Assembly (NCBI GenBank): GCA_964016885.1 | Contig: OZ024741.1 | Location: 279,682,001-279,746,000, forward strand | Source: Eledone cirrhosa | Lineage: Eukaryota | Length of the DNA: 64,000 nucleotides | Direction: 5' to 3' | In this document: one piece after another, positions 40,611 to 53,480 of the stretch | Layout: every line of letters begins with the position of its first letter | How positions within the stretch are numbered: position 1 is the stretch's first letter | Notes under the pieces: model-generated | Told to the model about the DNA's origin: nothing | Databases searched by the model: none | The model's input: the letters and a program-made list of their open reading frames with translations, nothing else | Position numbers and translations under genes: made by a program

Positions 40611-41461
40611 GTTAAGTCACTTTATACTCTGAATTCAAAACACTTTCAGGTCAACTTTGCTTACATTTTTGTTCTCCCAGACATATAAATATATAACCAA
40701 TCAAGGTATAATCAATTCCCCAGCCACTGCCCACCATTAACAAAATGTAAGAGCCTCTGCTTTGGCTGGAAGTTAATAACTAGGTCATTGTATTGCAAAC
40801 ATCATTTCATAAATACAGAAATAAAAAAACAAAAAAATTAAGCTGAAATAATTTCTGAGAAAACTTGTCTGAAAATATGACTTATATTGTCTGAAAATAT
40901 ATTTGTAATATTAAAACTGATTTTGATAACATGATCGGTCAGTTTCTAACTTATAGAAGTAAGTCAATGTCTCTTAGTGGAAGCAATATCTCTTGTGTCA
41001 TTTAACATGCAAGTTCTAAATAAACTTCAAGAAAATGTGCATCCAAACATCATTTTATAGGAAACTTTTGAACAGTCTTCATTCACTGAACGCATTCTTA
41101 AATAAAATCGAATCTAAGCTTCTTCAATATCAACGTTAAGTTCATATTTATGTCAAGTACTGTCAAATATATTTCAGCTAACATCTCTTCAAGCAATACA
41201 TGTAAAGACACAAACTTTTCAAACAAACCTACTATTTGCCGAAAATTTGAAGGCATAAACTGGTTACGCTATCTGTTGTATTCATCTTGTAATCCTGACA
41301 GGTTTTTAAAGTACTTTTTCAGTTTATTGGGAGTTATTTTGCTCTATTTCTATTTGGAAATAAAATAAACACACCATGTAATGGAACTTAATTAATTGAG
41401 GGATAACCTCTAATACATTTTAAATTTCATATGACCTTATATTATTGTGATCACACTCACA

Positions 41462-41500
<39 letters not shown>

Positions 41501-41504
<4 letters not shown>

Positions 41505-41730
41505 AAGAAGTGTAAGCCAACAGGTTAAAATTAACTTTGTTTATTCATATGAAAAAACAAAGATAATTCTAACCTGTTGACTTACACTTCTTGTTTTTAA
41601 ATTACTCCGGAGTAAACACACCCACCTGCGCACTTCGTTGAGTGCTCTAAACTGCATACTGAAGTGTCAGTAACCAACCAACACATACTCAAATTTATGA
41701 ATATATGTGTGTTGGTTGGTTACCAACACT
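41501..41730. repeat. TA-flanked segment with two fold-back palindromes (41501-41596; 41663-41730)
   Basis: AAACAAGAAGTGTAAG.CAACAGGTTA / TAACCTGTTG.CTTACACTTCTTGTTT; GTAACCAACCAACACA / TGTGTTGGTTGGTTAC. Confidence 0.85.
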
Positions 41731-41765
41731 TATGTATATATATATATATATATATAATATATATT

Positions 41766-42743
41766 AGAAATAGTGGACAGCTTCCGTTACCTGGGTGACA
41801 AAATCAGCAGTGGGGGAGGGTGCTCTGAAAGTACAGTAGCTAGAGTCAGAACTGGGTGGAAAAAGTTCAGAGAGCTTATACCACTATTAGCCGCTAAAGG
41901 GTTCTCCCTAAAAATGAAAGGCAGGCTGTACGATGCCTGCATACGAACAGCAATGTTGCATGGCAGTGAGACCTGGGCACGGTGTGCAGAGGATATACGC
42001 AGACTAGAGAGAAACGAAGCTTGCATGCTCTGCTGGATGTGTAATAGTAATATACGTGAACGACAAAGCATAAACGAACTAAAGAAAAAATTAGAAATAA
42101 GGGGGATCAGATGTTGTTTACTAGAGAGAAGGCCACGTTGGTATGGTCACGTGATGCGCATGAAGGACGATAGCTGTATAACAAAGTGCAGGGCAATAAA
42201 GATAGACGGTAGCCTCGGAATAGGCAGACCCAGAAAAACCTGGGACGAGCTGATAAACTCCGACCTCACACACTTACACCTCACCAAGACAATGTCACTG
42301 GACCGAGACCTTTGGCGGTACTCAGTAATAGAGAAGACCCGCCTTACCTAAATACATAGTAAAACCTACTACAGTCAGTAGGCATCTCTAACAAAATACA
42401 CCCCCGTCCCACCACCCCCACCCCATCCACACCGCCCCCTTCTATGTAAAGTTATGTTGGTGCCACACCATCCAGGCCGAAACAAATGAGATTGTGTAGG
42501 TGTCACGACAAAAAAACACACAGTCCACGCTGTAATGTGGCCGTGTAGGCAACACGGTAAAAACCTCCCAGACCCACACTGTAAATGTGGTTGGTGTTAG
42601 GAAGGGCATCCAACTGTAGAAAACCTGCCAGACAGTCCTATGCGAGCAAGACAATCACTCTTGCCTCAAGTGGGAATACCCCCGTCCAAACCCATGCAAG
42701 CGTGGAACACGGACGTTAAACGTTGATGATGATGATGATGATA
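41766..42743 (+). mobile_element. RTE LINE copy D (3' ~1 kb), close relative of copy C
   Basis: ORF 41773-42351; 3'UTR nearly identical to 36361-36753; (TA)n on both sides. Confidence 0.95.
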
Positions 42744-43439
42744 TATATATTAGTATTGGTGTTCTGAAATAGCGATGTTTAAACCGACCAGAATTCTCTC
42801 ACTTCTTTCTGGCCATTCATAATGATGTTAAAGTATAGTTATCAAAATCTCATGCATTTGATATGTAAAATAAAGCCTTTTGCCAAGAAAATACAATAGT
42901 ATTGAGTAATGTATGTATAGTATATTTGATAATATACTGTATGTTTATTTAAATCACTATGAATTTTAAATTAGTGACTACCTCACTTACGTAGTCTTGG
43001 CAAAAGCAAAGAGGGTAATTGACGGTCCTGTTTCTCACTCATAAATGGTTATCAAGACTACATACCTCTTCACTTCTGCCAAGAGTTATAGAAGCTGGAT
43101 TCTTATAGAATTCCAGTCATGTTTAGGAGCTGATTAAACAGAGCAGTTGCCGGTCCAGCAAAAATCAGGAATTAGCATTGATGCTCTGAAATAGCAAAAG
43201 CACTTGACATTATCCGTAACTTCCACCATAGATGCGGTATCTCATGATTGGTACAGGAATGGAGTGAAATACGGCAATGATAATATGAGAAGGCCGGATT
43301 CTAATAACTTCTTTTACAGTTGCATATTACATAATATGTATTTCTGTGGCTAGAATGTGTCATCAGCCCATGATGCAAGACAATCAGTGACATCATCAGG
43401 TGTTATGAACATAAAAGATTTAGTTAAATAATCCCTACT

Positions 43440-43850
43440 GATATGCAAATTGGGCTACTCAGCCGTTAATATGCATAAGGTAAGTATATACGTTCAACAA
43501 TCTGGCAGGAAGGTATACATTGCTGACGATAGCTAATAAGCTTGAAACTAGTACAGCATTCCTTTGTCAGTGTTGAACAAACGAGCAACGATGGTTGCTG
43601 GACACTACGGCTTAATATGGGATGTTTGTTTACAAACACACCGAGCATTATAATAAATGTTCGGTGAAACCATACGTACATATATATATGTGTGCATGTA
43701 TGTATATATATATACATACTACTGTACGTCTGTATACATATATGTATGTACGTGTACATACTATATTTAAGTAACAGCCGTACTAAGAGTGGGAAATGAA
43801 ATTTCGTTTCATTTTTTCCGTTAATCCCTACTGAGTTACAGCAAAATATA
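43440..43850 (+). mobile_element. Hammerhead-bearing ~400-bp repeat (Penelope-like pLTR/retrozyme-like), copy 1
   Basis: Second copy in inverse orientation at ~55510-55940; contains an intact hammerhead core and an internal TA/CA microsatellite. Confidence 0.7.
43517..43559 (+). ncRNA. Minimal type-I hammerhead ribozyme
   Basis: ACATTG-CTGACGA-T AGCT AATA AGCT T-GAAAC-TA-GTA-CAGCAT; core intact, stem I partly decayed. Confidence 0.75.
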
Positions 43851-44384
43851 AACAAAGAATTGATATGGAGGCAGCCTGGCTAGTGATGCTCTCTCTACAG
43901 CGAACAGCCTCCTTAGAGATGCTTAGTGGTTTTCATCCTATATAGTGAATTGACGTCGTTTAGCCCCAGGTTACCCTGATCAATCAAACCTAACAATTAA
44001 AAAGTATCCCATTCATAACCATTTAATTTTTTCTCAGCCACAATGAACCAATGACCACATTATCTAATGTGTCTTTTTTATATTTTTAAGATGATAAGAA
44101 AACCTACCAAACAAAGGGCTGGGAGGAGACCTCAGCTGTGTCGAAGACATGATAACTTCCCTAGTGTTGCTGCTATGATAAAATGCACACAGTAGAATGA
44201 AAGAATGTATATGAGCAAGATAAATGCAGGCTACCAATCCATATGTGTATTTGGTAGAGTGTGGGTACATATGTAAGTGACATGCAGGCCACTGATTCAT
44301 CTGAGAAGTTAGTAGCTCCATGAGTACTGACAACTCATCCAACCTTTGCTAGCAGGGGAAGGGGTGTCAATTAAATTGAGCCAG

Positions 44385-44475
44385 TGTGTTACTGGTACTT
44401 TATTTTATTGACCTTGTAAGGTTGAAATGTAAAGTTAGCCTCTGCAGGATTTGAAATCAGAATGTAAAGAGATGT
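44385..44475 (-). mobile_element. tRNA-SINE fragment
   Basis: ACTGGTACTTTATTTTATTGACC...GGATTTGAAATCAGAATG is the reverse complement of the B-box plus core. Confidence 0.65.
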
Positions 44476-45016
44476 TAAATGATGATGATGATGGTGGTAG
44501 AGTATGTATGATTTGAAAGAGATTTGGTTGCTATTTTTGCTGGTTGAGCAACTGTGGATAGTTTCCTTTGTAAAGCTGTTGACTGTATACATAAAGTGTG
44601 TAAACAAGCTGGCGTCTGAATAACATGGAGATCTTTGACACTTAACAACAAGCAGCTCAACTGGCAGAGATCTGAGATCTGAGATATCTGCAAGTTAGAT
44701 AACACTTTCTAACATTGTTTTCTTTATTGGCCATACAGGCATCATTGTAGGGAGTTGTTGGCTTTGATGATGCTGCTGATGGTGATGATGGTGGTGACGA
44801 TAATGATGGTAGTGGTGATGATGATGATGGTGATGTACATATAAAATGTGCAGCTGCTATTCTAGTTACCAACTCAAGGATGTTATCAAGAAAAAGAAAC
44901 AACATTCTTCAGTTACACAAGGTATGAGAAATATGTTATCTTATCCTCAGAAAATATATTACTCTTGAGTTAATGTGCAGTAAGTGTTGCAGAGGAAAAG
45001 GTATATTGTTAGTTAC

Positions 45017-45432
45017 GTGAAGCTAAGTCAAGTCAAGTGAAGCCAAGTCAAGTGAAGCCAAGTGAAACCAAGTGAAGCCAAGTGAAACCAAGCCTAGCCA
45101 GGCCAAGCAAAGTCAAGTGAAGCCAAGACAAGCAAAGTCAAGCCGCACCAAGCTAATCCAACTCAAGTCAAGCCAAGCCAAGTCAATTGAAGCTAATCTA
45201 AGCCAAATCAAGTCAAGTGAAGCCAAGCCATGCCAAGCCAAGCCAAGCCAAACCAAGCCAAGTCTAGTAAAGCCAAACCAAACCAAGCCAAGTCTAGTAA
45301 AGCCAAACCAAACCAAGCCAAGTCAAGTGAAGCCAAGCCAAGCCAAGCCAAACCAAGCCAAGTCTAGTAAAGCCAAACCAAATCAAACCAAGTCTAGTAA
45401 AGCCAAACCAAACCAAGCCAAGTCTAGTAAAG
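45017..45432. repeat. Degenerate pentamer repeat (AAGCC/AAGTC/AAACC) with 30-bp higher-order units
   Basis: AGTCTAGTAAAGCCAAACCAAACCAAGCCA repeated. Confidence 0.95.
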
Positions 45433-45699
45433 TTCTTATTTTCCATTCCATTCTTTCTTCCCAATCTATTTTTAATCATCTCAACCATTAATAAATACTT
45501 ATTTATATGAAGGTCTTTTGTACAGTTTCACAAGCTTGAGCCCAGAACTTCACGATAGCAAAACCCTTTAAACCACTCATCACATACCTAGCAATAGAAC
45601 AACTAGTCTACAGTCTAGCCAAAAAAAGGAACCTCTATGTAGTCATTTTATTTGGTAGAAATAGCAGTGAACTCTTCTTCAAATCATATGGAATGTTGG

Positions 45700-46052
45700 G
45701 TTTGACAATGAGTGTTCCAGTTCCTTGATCATTGGAACAGACTGCTCATGAAATTAATGTGTAAGTGGCTGAGTATTCCACAAGCATGAGTACCCTTAAT
45801 GTAATTCTCAGGGAGATTCAGTATGACACTATGTGACAATAGTATACATTTACATTACAGATACAGTCCATCTTGACCTATACTGTATGTGGCTGAGTAT
45901 TCCACACACACACATACACACATGTGAGATTCAGCATGACATGGTGTATGATAATGGTGTACATTTACATTATAGATACAGTCCATCTATTATAGTATTC
46001 TACAAACATGTGTACCCTTAACATAGTTCTCAGGGAGATTCGGCATGACATG
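45700..46052 (+). mobile_element. Interspersed repeat (SINE-like) with internal ~100-bp duplications
   Basis: GTGGCTGAGTATTCCACA...TACCCTTAA.(G/A)TA.TTCTCAGGGAGATTC.G.ATGACA occurs 2-3 times; resembles an abundant octopus repeat as I recall it (unverified). Confidence 0.5.
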
Positions 46053-46309
46053 GCTGAATTTTCATTGCTTTCTTGATTGGAGATACTCAGACCTTCAATG
46101 TGGAGTTTGAGAACTTGGGGAGATCTCTCTTAACTAAGCAGATCAAGAAATATTTCATGAAATCTTTTAAAGAATCCTTCGAGAGAATTTCCAGCTTGTC
46201 AGATTAAGAGACGGGGAAAGATTATATTCCTGGCAAAGAATGGTTGGGACAGAGATGTAAAGATGTAAAGAATATGTCCAAGATTGCCAGCATGGAAAGT
46301 GGATGTGAA

Positions 46310-46595
46310 ATGATGATAATGATGATTATGATAATGATGATGATGATAATGAGGATGATGATTAAGAAGAAGAAGAAGATGTTGATGATGATGACAATGA
46401 GGATGATGATGGCAATGATGATCATGATGATGCTGATGATGACAATGATGATGATGACAATGATGATGATGATAGTGATGATGATGATGACAATGATGAT
46501 GATGATGAGGATGATGAAAATGATGATGATGATGGCAATGATGATCATGTTGATGGTGATGATCATGTTGATGATGATGATGACAATGAAATGTT
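46310..46595. repeat. (GAT)n degenerate microsatellite
   Basis: Seen directly; it explains the poly-M and poly-I ORFs. Confidence 0.97.
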
Positions 46596-47059
46596 AGAAT
46601 GGTATTTTATATCATTGTCATCATCATCATCATCATCATCAACATCATCATTGTCATCAGTTATGGGTTAGATGAGCTGTTAGATTAGACAGGTCAGGTG
46701 ACCACATCTAGCTCATACACTGTTATTTGGATGCCTTCTCTAACACCAATCACTTTACAGGAGCATTTAATTATGACTCTGGCACTACTAGCTGTCAGTA
46801 CAGATTGGAAGCTTTTTATTATAGTACTAGTGCTTCCACCTGACAAGGTGGACTGAGTGTTTTTTGTCATGGCAACAGCATTACCACCTTACAGGGTGGA
46901 CTGAGTGTTTTTTGTCATGGCAACAGCGCTACCTCCTTACAGAGTGGACTGTGAGCCTTTTATTATTTTTATCATGACTCTGGTCACTTCTCTTCAGCCA
47001 CAGCCATCTAGATGTCCTTTCTGCTGCTTCCATGTTGTTCTTGATGACTCTCCTCTTGC

Positions 47060-47205
47060 TTGCCAGAATTTCATAGTCTTAGCTAAGAGACTATGTTTAG
47101 AGTTCTGTAGGCTTAGCTAAGAGACTTCTGTAATGTGTAGAGTTTCATAAGCTTAGCTAAGATATTCTCTGTAATGTCTAGAGTTTCGTAGACTTAGCTA
47201 AGAGA
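47060..47205. repeat. ~35-42-bp tandem repeat with core CTTAGCTAAGA
   Basis: Four AGAGTTTC.TA..CTTAGCTAAGA-like units. Confidence 0.8.
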
Positions 47206-47404
47206 ATGAGCCACAAAGCTTTGGCTGCCAAACTAACAGTTTTACTCAGTGGTATACATGTGGTATACATACTATAGATTTCTTGTAAGCAAATTAATTA
47301 TCATTTTTCAACAACACTTTTCAGTTGATATAAAGAGGGTGATGGCTGAATGATATTGTGGAGAAAATTTGAAGAAGGTGATATATATATGTATATTATA
47401 TATA

Positions 47405-48328
47405 TCATCATCATCATCATCATCATCACCGTTTTACGTCCGTTCTTCCATGCTAGCATGGGTTAGATGGGTTGTCCTGTTGTGGGCAGTGTCTGGTTGG
47501 CTGACCATGCCTTGCTCATACAGGAACTGATTTTGGCTTGATTTCTACAGCTGGATGCCCTTCCTAACTAACCTCATTTACAGTGAGTGCTGGGTGCTTT
47601 TTTCCGTGGCGCCTACACGTCCACTTTACAGTGTGGGCTGGGTGCTTTTTTGCTATGGCAACCTCCACGACCACTTTGAAGTGGGTGGGTGTGGGGGCAT
47701 ATTGTCTATATGCTTCAGCTTGTACCCATGGGAAGTTGGGTACTCTGTATTACTGCGTGACGCCAGAGGTCACAGTCGTGTGTCATCGCCTTTGAGAGGT
47801 GTAATTGGGTAAGGTCGGCTTTTATCACCTCATCCCAGGTCTTCCTGGGTCTCCCCACTCCGCGGTTTCCATTGACTTCTAGTGCTCTGCACCTTTTTAT
47901 GCAGCTGTCATCCTCCATACCAACGCAACTGCCTCTCCTGCACACAGCATTTGATTCCTCTTATGCTCAGTCTCTCTCTCAATTCATTTATGCTTTGCCG
48001 TTCCCGTATATTACTATTACACATCCATCGGAGCATGCAGGCTTCGTTTCTCTCTAATCTACGTAAGTCTTCCACCTTCAGCGCCCAGGTCTCACTACCA
48101 TGTAGCATTGCTGTTTGTATACACGCATCATACAGTCTGCCTTTCATTTTGAGGGAGAAGCCTTTTGCAGCTAGCAGTGGCAGTAGTTCCCTGAACTTCT
48201 TCCATCCCGTTCTTACCCTAGTTATTGTACTTTCTGAACACCCACCTCCGCTGCTAATTCAGTCACCTAGGTAGCAGAAGCTGTCTACTGTTTCTACAGA
48301 GCCCTCCCAGAGATTGGTGATACTTGTT
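47405..48328 (-). mobile_element. RTE LINE copy E (second subfamily, ...QSTRLPMGTS)
   Basis: Minus ORFs 47715-48147; (CAT)n at 47405; (TA)n at both ends. Confidence 0.95.
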
Positions 48329-48365
48329 TATATATATATAATATATATATGTATATATATATATG

Positions 48366-48697
48366 ACAGGACTGTGACCTCTGACGTCATGTAGTAATAT
48401 AGAAGACCGACTTCCCACAGGAACAAGCCGATGCTGAAGCATTAAAGACAATACGCCCCGTCTCTTCCCACTGTAAAGTGGTCATGTAGGTGTCATGGAA
48501 AAAAGCACCCACCACTCACTGTAAATGAGGTTGGTGTTAGGAAGGGCATCCAGCTGTAGAAATAAAGCCAAAATCAGTTGCTGTATGAGCAAGACAAGGT
48601 CACTTGACCTGACATTTCTCACAACAGGACAACCCGTCTAACCCATGCTAGCATGGAAGAATGCCCGTAAAATGGTGATGATGATGATGATGATGGT
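48366..48697 (+). mobile_element. Short RTE 3' copy F
   Basis: GACTGTGACCTCTG..., conserved 3'UTR and (GAT)n tail. Confidence 0.9.
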
Positions 48698-49630
48698 ATA
48701 TATATTGTAGCGCTGAGAAAAGGTAGTGTATATAAGGTTGAAAGAAGGGGGTGTATTATGGGGCTGGGAGAAGTGGTATATTGTAGGGCTGGCACAAAAA
48801 GGCGGGAAATGAGGGTGCTTCCTGCATGACTGGGAGTAGGGTGTGTATTTGGGGGGGGGGGCGTGTATGTGTGTGTGTTGTAGGTCTGAGAGAAGAGGGA
48901 TTTATTGTAGAGCTGGGAGATGGGTGTGTGCTGTAGGGCTGGGAATAGTGGGGGTGTTGTAGGACTGGGAGAAGCAGGTGTATAATGTAGAGCTGGCTTA
49001 GGTGTTCAATAAATACTTTGGTGGTGCCATCTCTGAGAGAAGGATCTCGTATAATGTTTTCAATTCAGTAGAACTAATAGTGAGAAGATGAGTGAAAGTA
49101 TGTTTCATGAGATAGAGGTGGTGTCATCATCACTGGTCCAGTCCCTCAAGGGTTACAGTTTAACAGTTTAGCACAGTAAAGATTATAAATGAGAAGTTTT
49201 ACTGATAAAGACAGTGAGAAGAGCAGAAAAGGAAAGACAATAATATTTTGAAAAAGTAAAAGAGAAAAGAATCAACAAATAGAAGACAGGCATCTCTTAA
49301 AACATAAAACATGACTATAAAGCATTATTTTCCCATGCTTCAAAATTAAGGGGGAAAAAATTATTTTAAAATTCACAAATGATTGATTTTTTTCTTGTCA
49401 CAATCAACAACTAGCTTGGTTTCAAAGGAATATTCCAAGTTGCCAAGAAACAGAGTGTTAGTAATTAAATGGGAAACTAAAAGAAAGAGTAATTGAAATT
49501 TCAAATTTTTTCCAGTCAGTGATGCTGCCTGGCTATCTTAAAGAAAAGAAGAATTAATGAAACAGTAGACTTTAATTTTTAGTGCTGCATATGTGCATGG
49601 CATGTCACATGCATATATGTGTTTCTTAGT

Positions 49631-49675
<45 letters not shown>

Positions 49676-50252
49676 CGTTTGTTTGAGCATGCTCCTGTGT
49701 GTTTGATCCTAATTATACTTTAATGAACAGACACAGTGAAATATTTTTAGCATGCGTAATGCCCAAGGATTTTCTTCTGCTTCTTCTTCTTGACCTCAAT
49801 CTATTTTGCCCCCTCCCCTCCCACCAAGAACAAACTTTGTGAGCAAGTTAGTTAAATGAGCCAGCTTGTATTCAATGAGAATAATAATTAAGACACTATT
49901 CAAACAACGGGAGGCAGCTTGCTCACAGAACAATATTGAAGCTCATCTGATGTTCTACCATTCTACTGTTCTACTGTTCTACCATTCTCTCAGGCTCATT
50001 CTATTGGAGCTTGTTGCTGTAAGATACCCAATTAGGATTTATTGAAGAGCTGTGAAAAAAACTTTTCAGATACATTAGTCTCCACACTACTAAGTCAGTT
50101 GTAATTAGCTGATAGCATTCTACTGCTGCACTAGTAGTTTGTCAATTTGTTAAAAGTAAAAAGTAAAAATAAAAAATTTTAGAACCCACACACAACTTTT
50201 CTTTACTTTTTACATTTGTGTTTATATGTGTGTATCTGTGTGTTTGTATATA

Positions 50253-50845
50253 TCATCATCATCATCATCATCATCGTTTAACGTCCATATTCCACGCTTG
50301 CATGGGTTTGGACGGGAGTTTTCCCACTTGAGGCAAGAGTGGTTGTCTTGCTCGCATAGGACTGTCTGGCGGGTTTTCTACAGCTGGATGCCCTTCCTAA
50401 CACCAACCACATTTACAGTGTGGAACTGGGAGGTTTTTACCGTGTTACCTACACGGCCACATTACAGCGTGGACTGTGTGTTTTTTTGTTGTGACACCTA
50501 CACGACCTCATTTATATATATATTTATATAACTTTGGTAGGTTTCAGCCAGTCAGTATTGGTTGAGGACATGTCTAACTTAACAATACCACCATCATTAT
50601 ATATATATATATATAAAAAACACACAGTCCACACTGTAATGTGGCCGTGTAGGTAACACGGTAAAAACCTCCCAGTCCACACTGTAAACGTGGTTAGTGT
50701 TAGGAAGGGCATCCAGCCGTAGAAAACCCGCCAGACAGTCCTATACGAGCAGGACAACCTATCTGTCTCAAGTGGGAAAACTCCCGTCCAAATCCATGCA
50801 AGCGTGGAAGATGGACGTTAAACGATGATGATGATGATGATGATA
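50253..50845. mobile_element. Head-to-head pair of RTE 3'UTR copies (50253-50512 -, 50616-50845 +)
   Basis: Both match the 3'UTR of copies C/D/I; tails point outward; each 5' end abuts (TA)n. Confidence 0.92.
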
Positions 50846-50959
50846 TAACCATATTAAAAGATATATGTTTATATAGAGAGAGAAACACAAGAGAAACACA
50901 GTATATTGTATATATACCAAATACATAATAAATAGAGAATACACAGAGGGATATATATA

Positions 50960-51476
50960 CATTCTTAGTTAAACTTCCTGAGATCCCACTACATCTCTTG
51001 TGTACCCATTGTTTGCATTTGGGGCAGAGTATGGAGTTCCTACCTCTTTCCTACATACTGAGCAAGGCCATTTCCCTGAGGGGATCTGGGTTCTGTTTCC
51101 TCATCTACTTACAAGAACCTTAGTCTTTGTCAGGTTGACTTTGAGACCCTTTCTTTCTAGTCCCTGCTTCCATGTTTGGAATTTCTTCTCTAGTTCCACC
51201 ATGGATTCAGCTGTAAGTGCGAGATCATCCACATACAGGAGTTCCCATGGGCATCCGGTCTTAAACTCCTCCGTTATTGCCTGCAAAACTATAATGAACA
51301 GGAGAGGGCTAAGAACAGAGCCCTGGAGGACACCGACCTGTATGCTAAATTCCTCGCTATAGTCATTGCTAATCCTAACTTTGCTGACTGCTCCCCTATA
51401 CAGCTTTCCCAAACCATTCACCTACTCCTAATTTTCTAAGAGCCCACCAGATTATAGCACGGGGGACTCTGTTGAA
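50960..51476 (-). mobile_element. Internal RT/PHD fragment, copy G, without a 3' tail
   Basis: Minus ORF 51101-51421 (QGSVLSPLLF..LLYVDD); both ends in (TA)n. Confidence 0.92.
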
Positions 51477-51500
51477 TATATATATATATATATATATATA

Positions 51501-52368
51501 CAGGGTGCGGACGATATTTGTTCGCAATTTTCAACTGCTAATTTTATGCAAATTTTTTTTACTTCCGTTGTCACTCTTGTCATCATAAAAACAGTGACTA
51601 TATTTCCATTATTTATTTTCAGAATAATTGATTATGAATAATTTTGAACCTCCAAATTTGTGGAATCCGCGCCGGGAGGAGAAATAAAGAAATTTCAGTC
51701 TTTCTCAGCATCAGCAGGAGAATGGTGGAAAAGGTTAGACGTGCCCAGAGTCATGCAGACAAAGTTTCCAGCGACAACATTGGTTTTAGGTGTCGTCAGC
51801 AGTCAAGGTGACGTCATGCCACCTCACTTCTTCCCTGAGGGCCTCAAGCTGAACACCGATGGCTACATCCGCATTCTGAGAGAGGTAGTAAAGCCCTGGA
51901 TCGATCAGGTAGCTGCAGGTAGGCCGTACGTGTGGCAGCAAGACTCAGCGCCCTGCCATACCAGCCGAAAGACGCAAGACTGGTTGTCAGAGAACTTTGT
52001 CGACCACACTTCACCTGACATCTGGCCTCCCAGCTCGCCTGATTGCAACCCCCTCGACTTCTTTGTGTGGGGCACAGTGGAATGAGACACCAACAGATCT
52101 AGCTGCAATACGAAAGACGATCTGAAGGCCAGGATCACAAGTGCCTTTAGGAGCCTAAGTCGGGGTACAGTGACGAAGGCCTGTAGCCGGTTCCGAGGCC
52201 GCCTTGAGGCTGTCATCAAAGCCAATGGCGGGTTTATCGAGTGAGATCGAAAGAACAAGTTATGAAGACAAACTGACCCAAGTTTGATAAATAAATCTTA
52301 AAAAATAAAACTACTGTGTTATTTTTTCCTAGACAGTAATCTTGCGAACAAACATCGTCCGCACCTTG
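51501..52368 (+). mobile_element. Internally deleted DD37D (maT-type) Tc1/mariner transposon
   Basis: 27-bp TIRs CAGGGTGCGGACGATATTTGTTCGCAA (2 mismatches), TA flanks; ORF with WQQDSAPCH...WPPSSPDCNPLD, 37 residues between the 2nd and 3rd Asp; the N-terminal HTH and first Asp are missing. Confidence 0.92.
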
Positions 52369-52526
52369 TATATACACATATATATATATATGTGTGTGTG
52401 TGTCTAATGGTAGCTAAGATGCTTCCATAGGCAGTATGCCGGTTGAACACTCTATCCTCCTACAGAGCAGAGTATTATAGAATGGAAAATGAAAAATCAG
52501 TGATGCATCGGAACTCAATTTATTGT

Positions 52527-52614
52527 ATGTTACAATTGTTTCCCCGGCGCGCAGCTCGAGGTGCGATCCGTGTGTGGATCTACCTGACTCTAGACTCGCA
52601 GGTTCCTCGGACAT
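52527..52614 (-). ncRNA. Hammerhead-like motif with one core substitution and a long stem II
   Basis: Reverse complement: ATGT-CcGAGGA-(~60 nt GC-rich)-GAAAC-AATT-GTA-ACAT; lies inside inverted repeats 52478-52520/52812-52855. Confidence 0.5.
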
Positions 52615-52897
52615 GACTATTGATTTCAGATCATATCCTCTTTCTGGGGTTTTCTGGCCCTACAAGCCTATATCATCCACCTTCATCCGCTTTGCACGTC
52701 CTTGGGTTGGTCATTGGTTAGTGACATCATTATTATTCTGACCACTTGTAGCAGCCTGCTGACCGTCAGGGAGTGAGCTGTCACTCAACCACTGCCCCGT
52801 CGGCAAAATTAATTGAGTTCCGAAACATTACTGATTTTTTGTTTTCCATTCTATATATATATATATATATACAAAGATCGGAATTATATATATATAT

Positions 52898-53097
52898 ATA
52901 GTGAAAGAATAAAGAGTAACATGGTTGGCTGTACAATAAGCGGCTTTATTTAAAGTACTGACAATTGGAAATCGAGTGATGCAACTTCAAACGATTAGCG
53001 AACTCTAGACTCACCTGATCAACGAAACAATTTTCAGTACTTTAAATAAAGCCCCTTATTGTACAGCCAACCATGTTACTCTTCATTCTTTCACTAT
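52898..53097. repeat. Fold-back with ~70-bp arms containing the 3' half of a hammerhead (GAAACAATT[G/T]TCAGTAC)
   Basis: ATAGTGAAAGAAT.AAGAGTAACATGGTTGGCTGTACAATAAG.GGCTTTATTTAAAGTACTGA and its reverse complement. Confidence 0.85.
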
Positions 53098-53257
53098 TAT
53101 TACTGCAAGTATAACCTGCATAGGAATTACCGCGAACTCGCTGCATAACTATGGAAGCATCTTGTTGAGACAAACAAAGCCGTACGTGAAAACTATCCAC
53201 GACGCAGAGTACTCACAACCTCTAACTAGATTACCTATAACAATAACTTGTTATCCC

Positions 53258-53289
<32 letters not shown>

Positions 53290-53350
53290 GATATGTAGAC
53301 TTAGCACTTTCCTGTAAACAAGTGCTATTATGCCTCATATCATGTTACCT

Positions 53351-53417
53351 TATTTTATCTGATGAGAACACAATTTTTGTCCCAGGATGATTTTGTATTC
53401 GAAATGCGCATAAAATA
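53351..53417 (+). ncRNA. Degenerate hammerhead ribozyme motif
   Basis: TATTTTAT-CTGATGA-GAACACAA...TTGTATTC-GAAA-TGCGC-ATAAAATA; 8-bp stem I and paired stem II, but the stem III/cleavage triplet is damaged. Confidence 0.55.
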
Positions 53418-53480
53418 TATGGAACTATTTTAACCATCTTTTAATTTCTTCTTTATTATATATATAATATATATATATAT

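Noticed and set aside
36990-41370. Possible host exons in unique AT-rich stretches (37030-37330, 40990-41370; also 42750-43430)
   Set aside because: The frames I translated contain stops and have no recognisable domain or convincing splice pair; BLASTX or RNA-seq would be needed.
45072-45491. 139-aa KPSQA-repeat ORF
   Set aside because: Translation of a pentamer microsatellite; no splice or codon evidence for a gene.
46222-46597. Poly-Met / poly-Ile ORFs
   Set aside because: Translation of (GAT)n.
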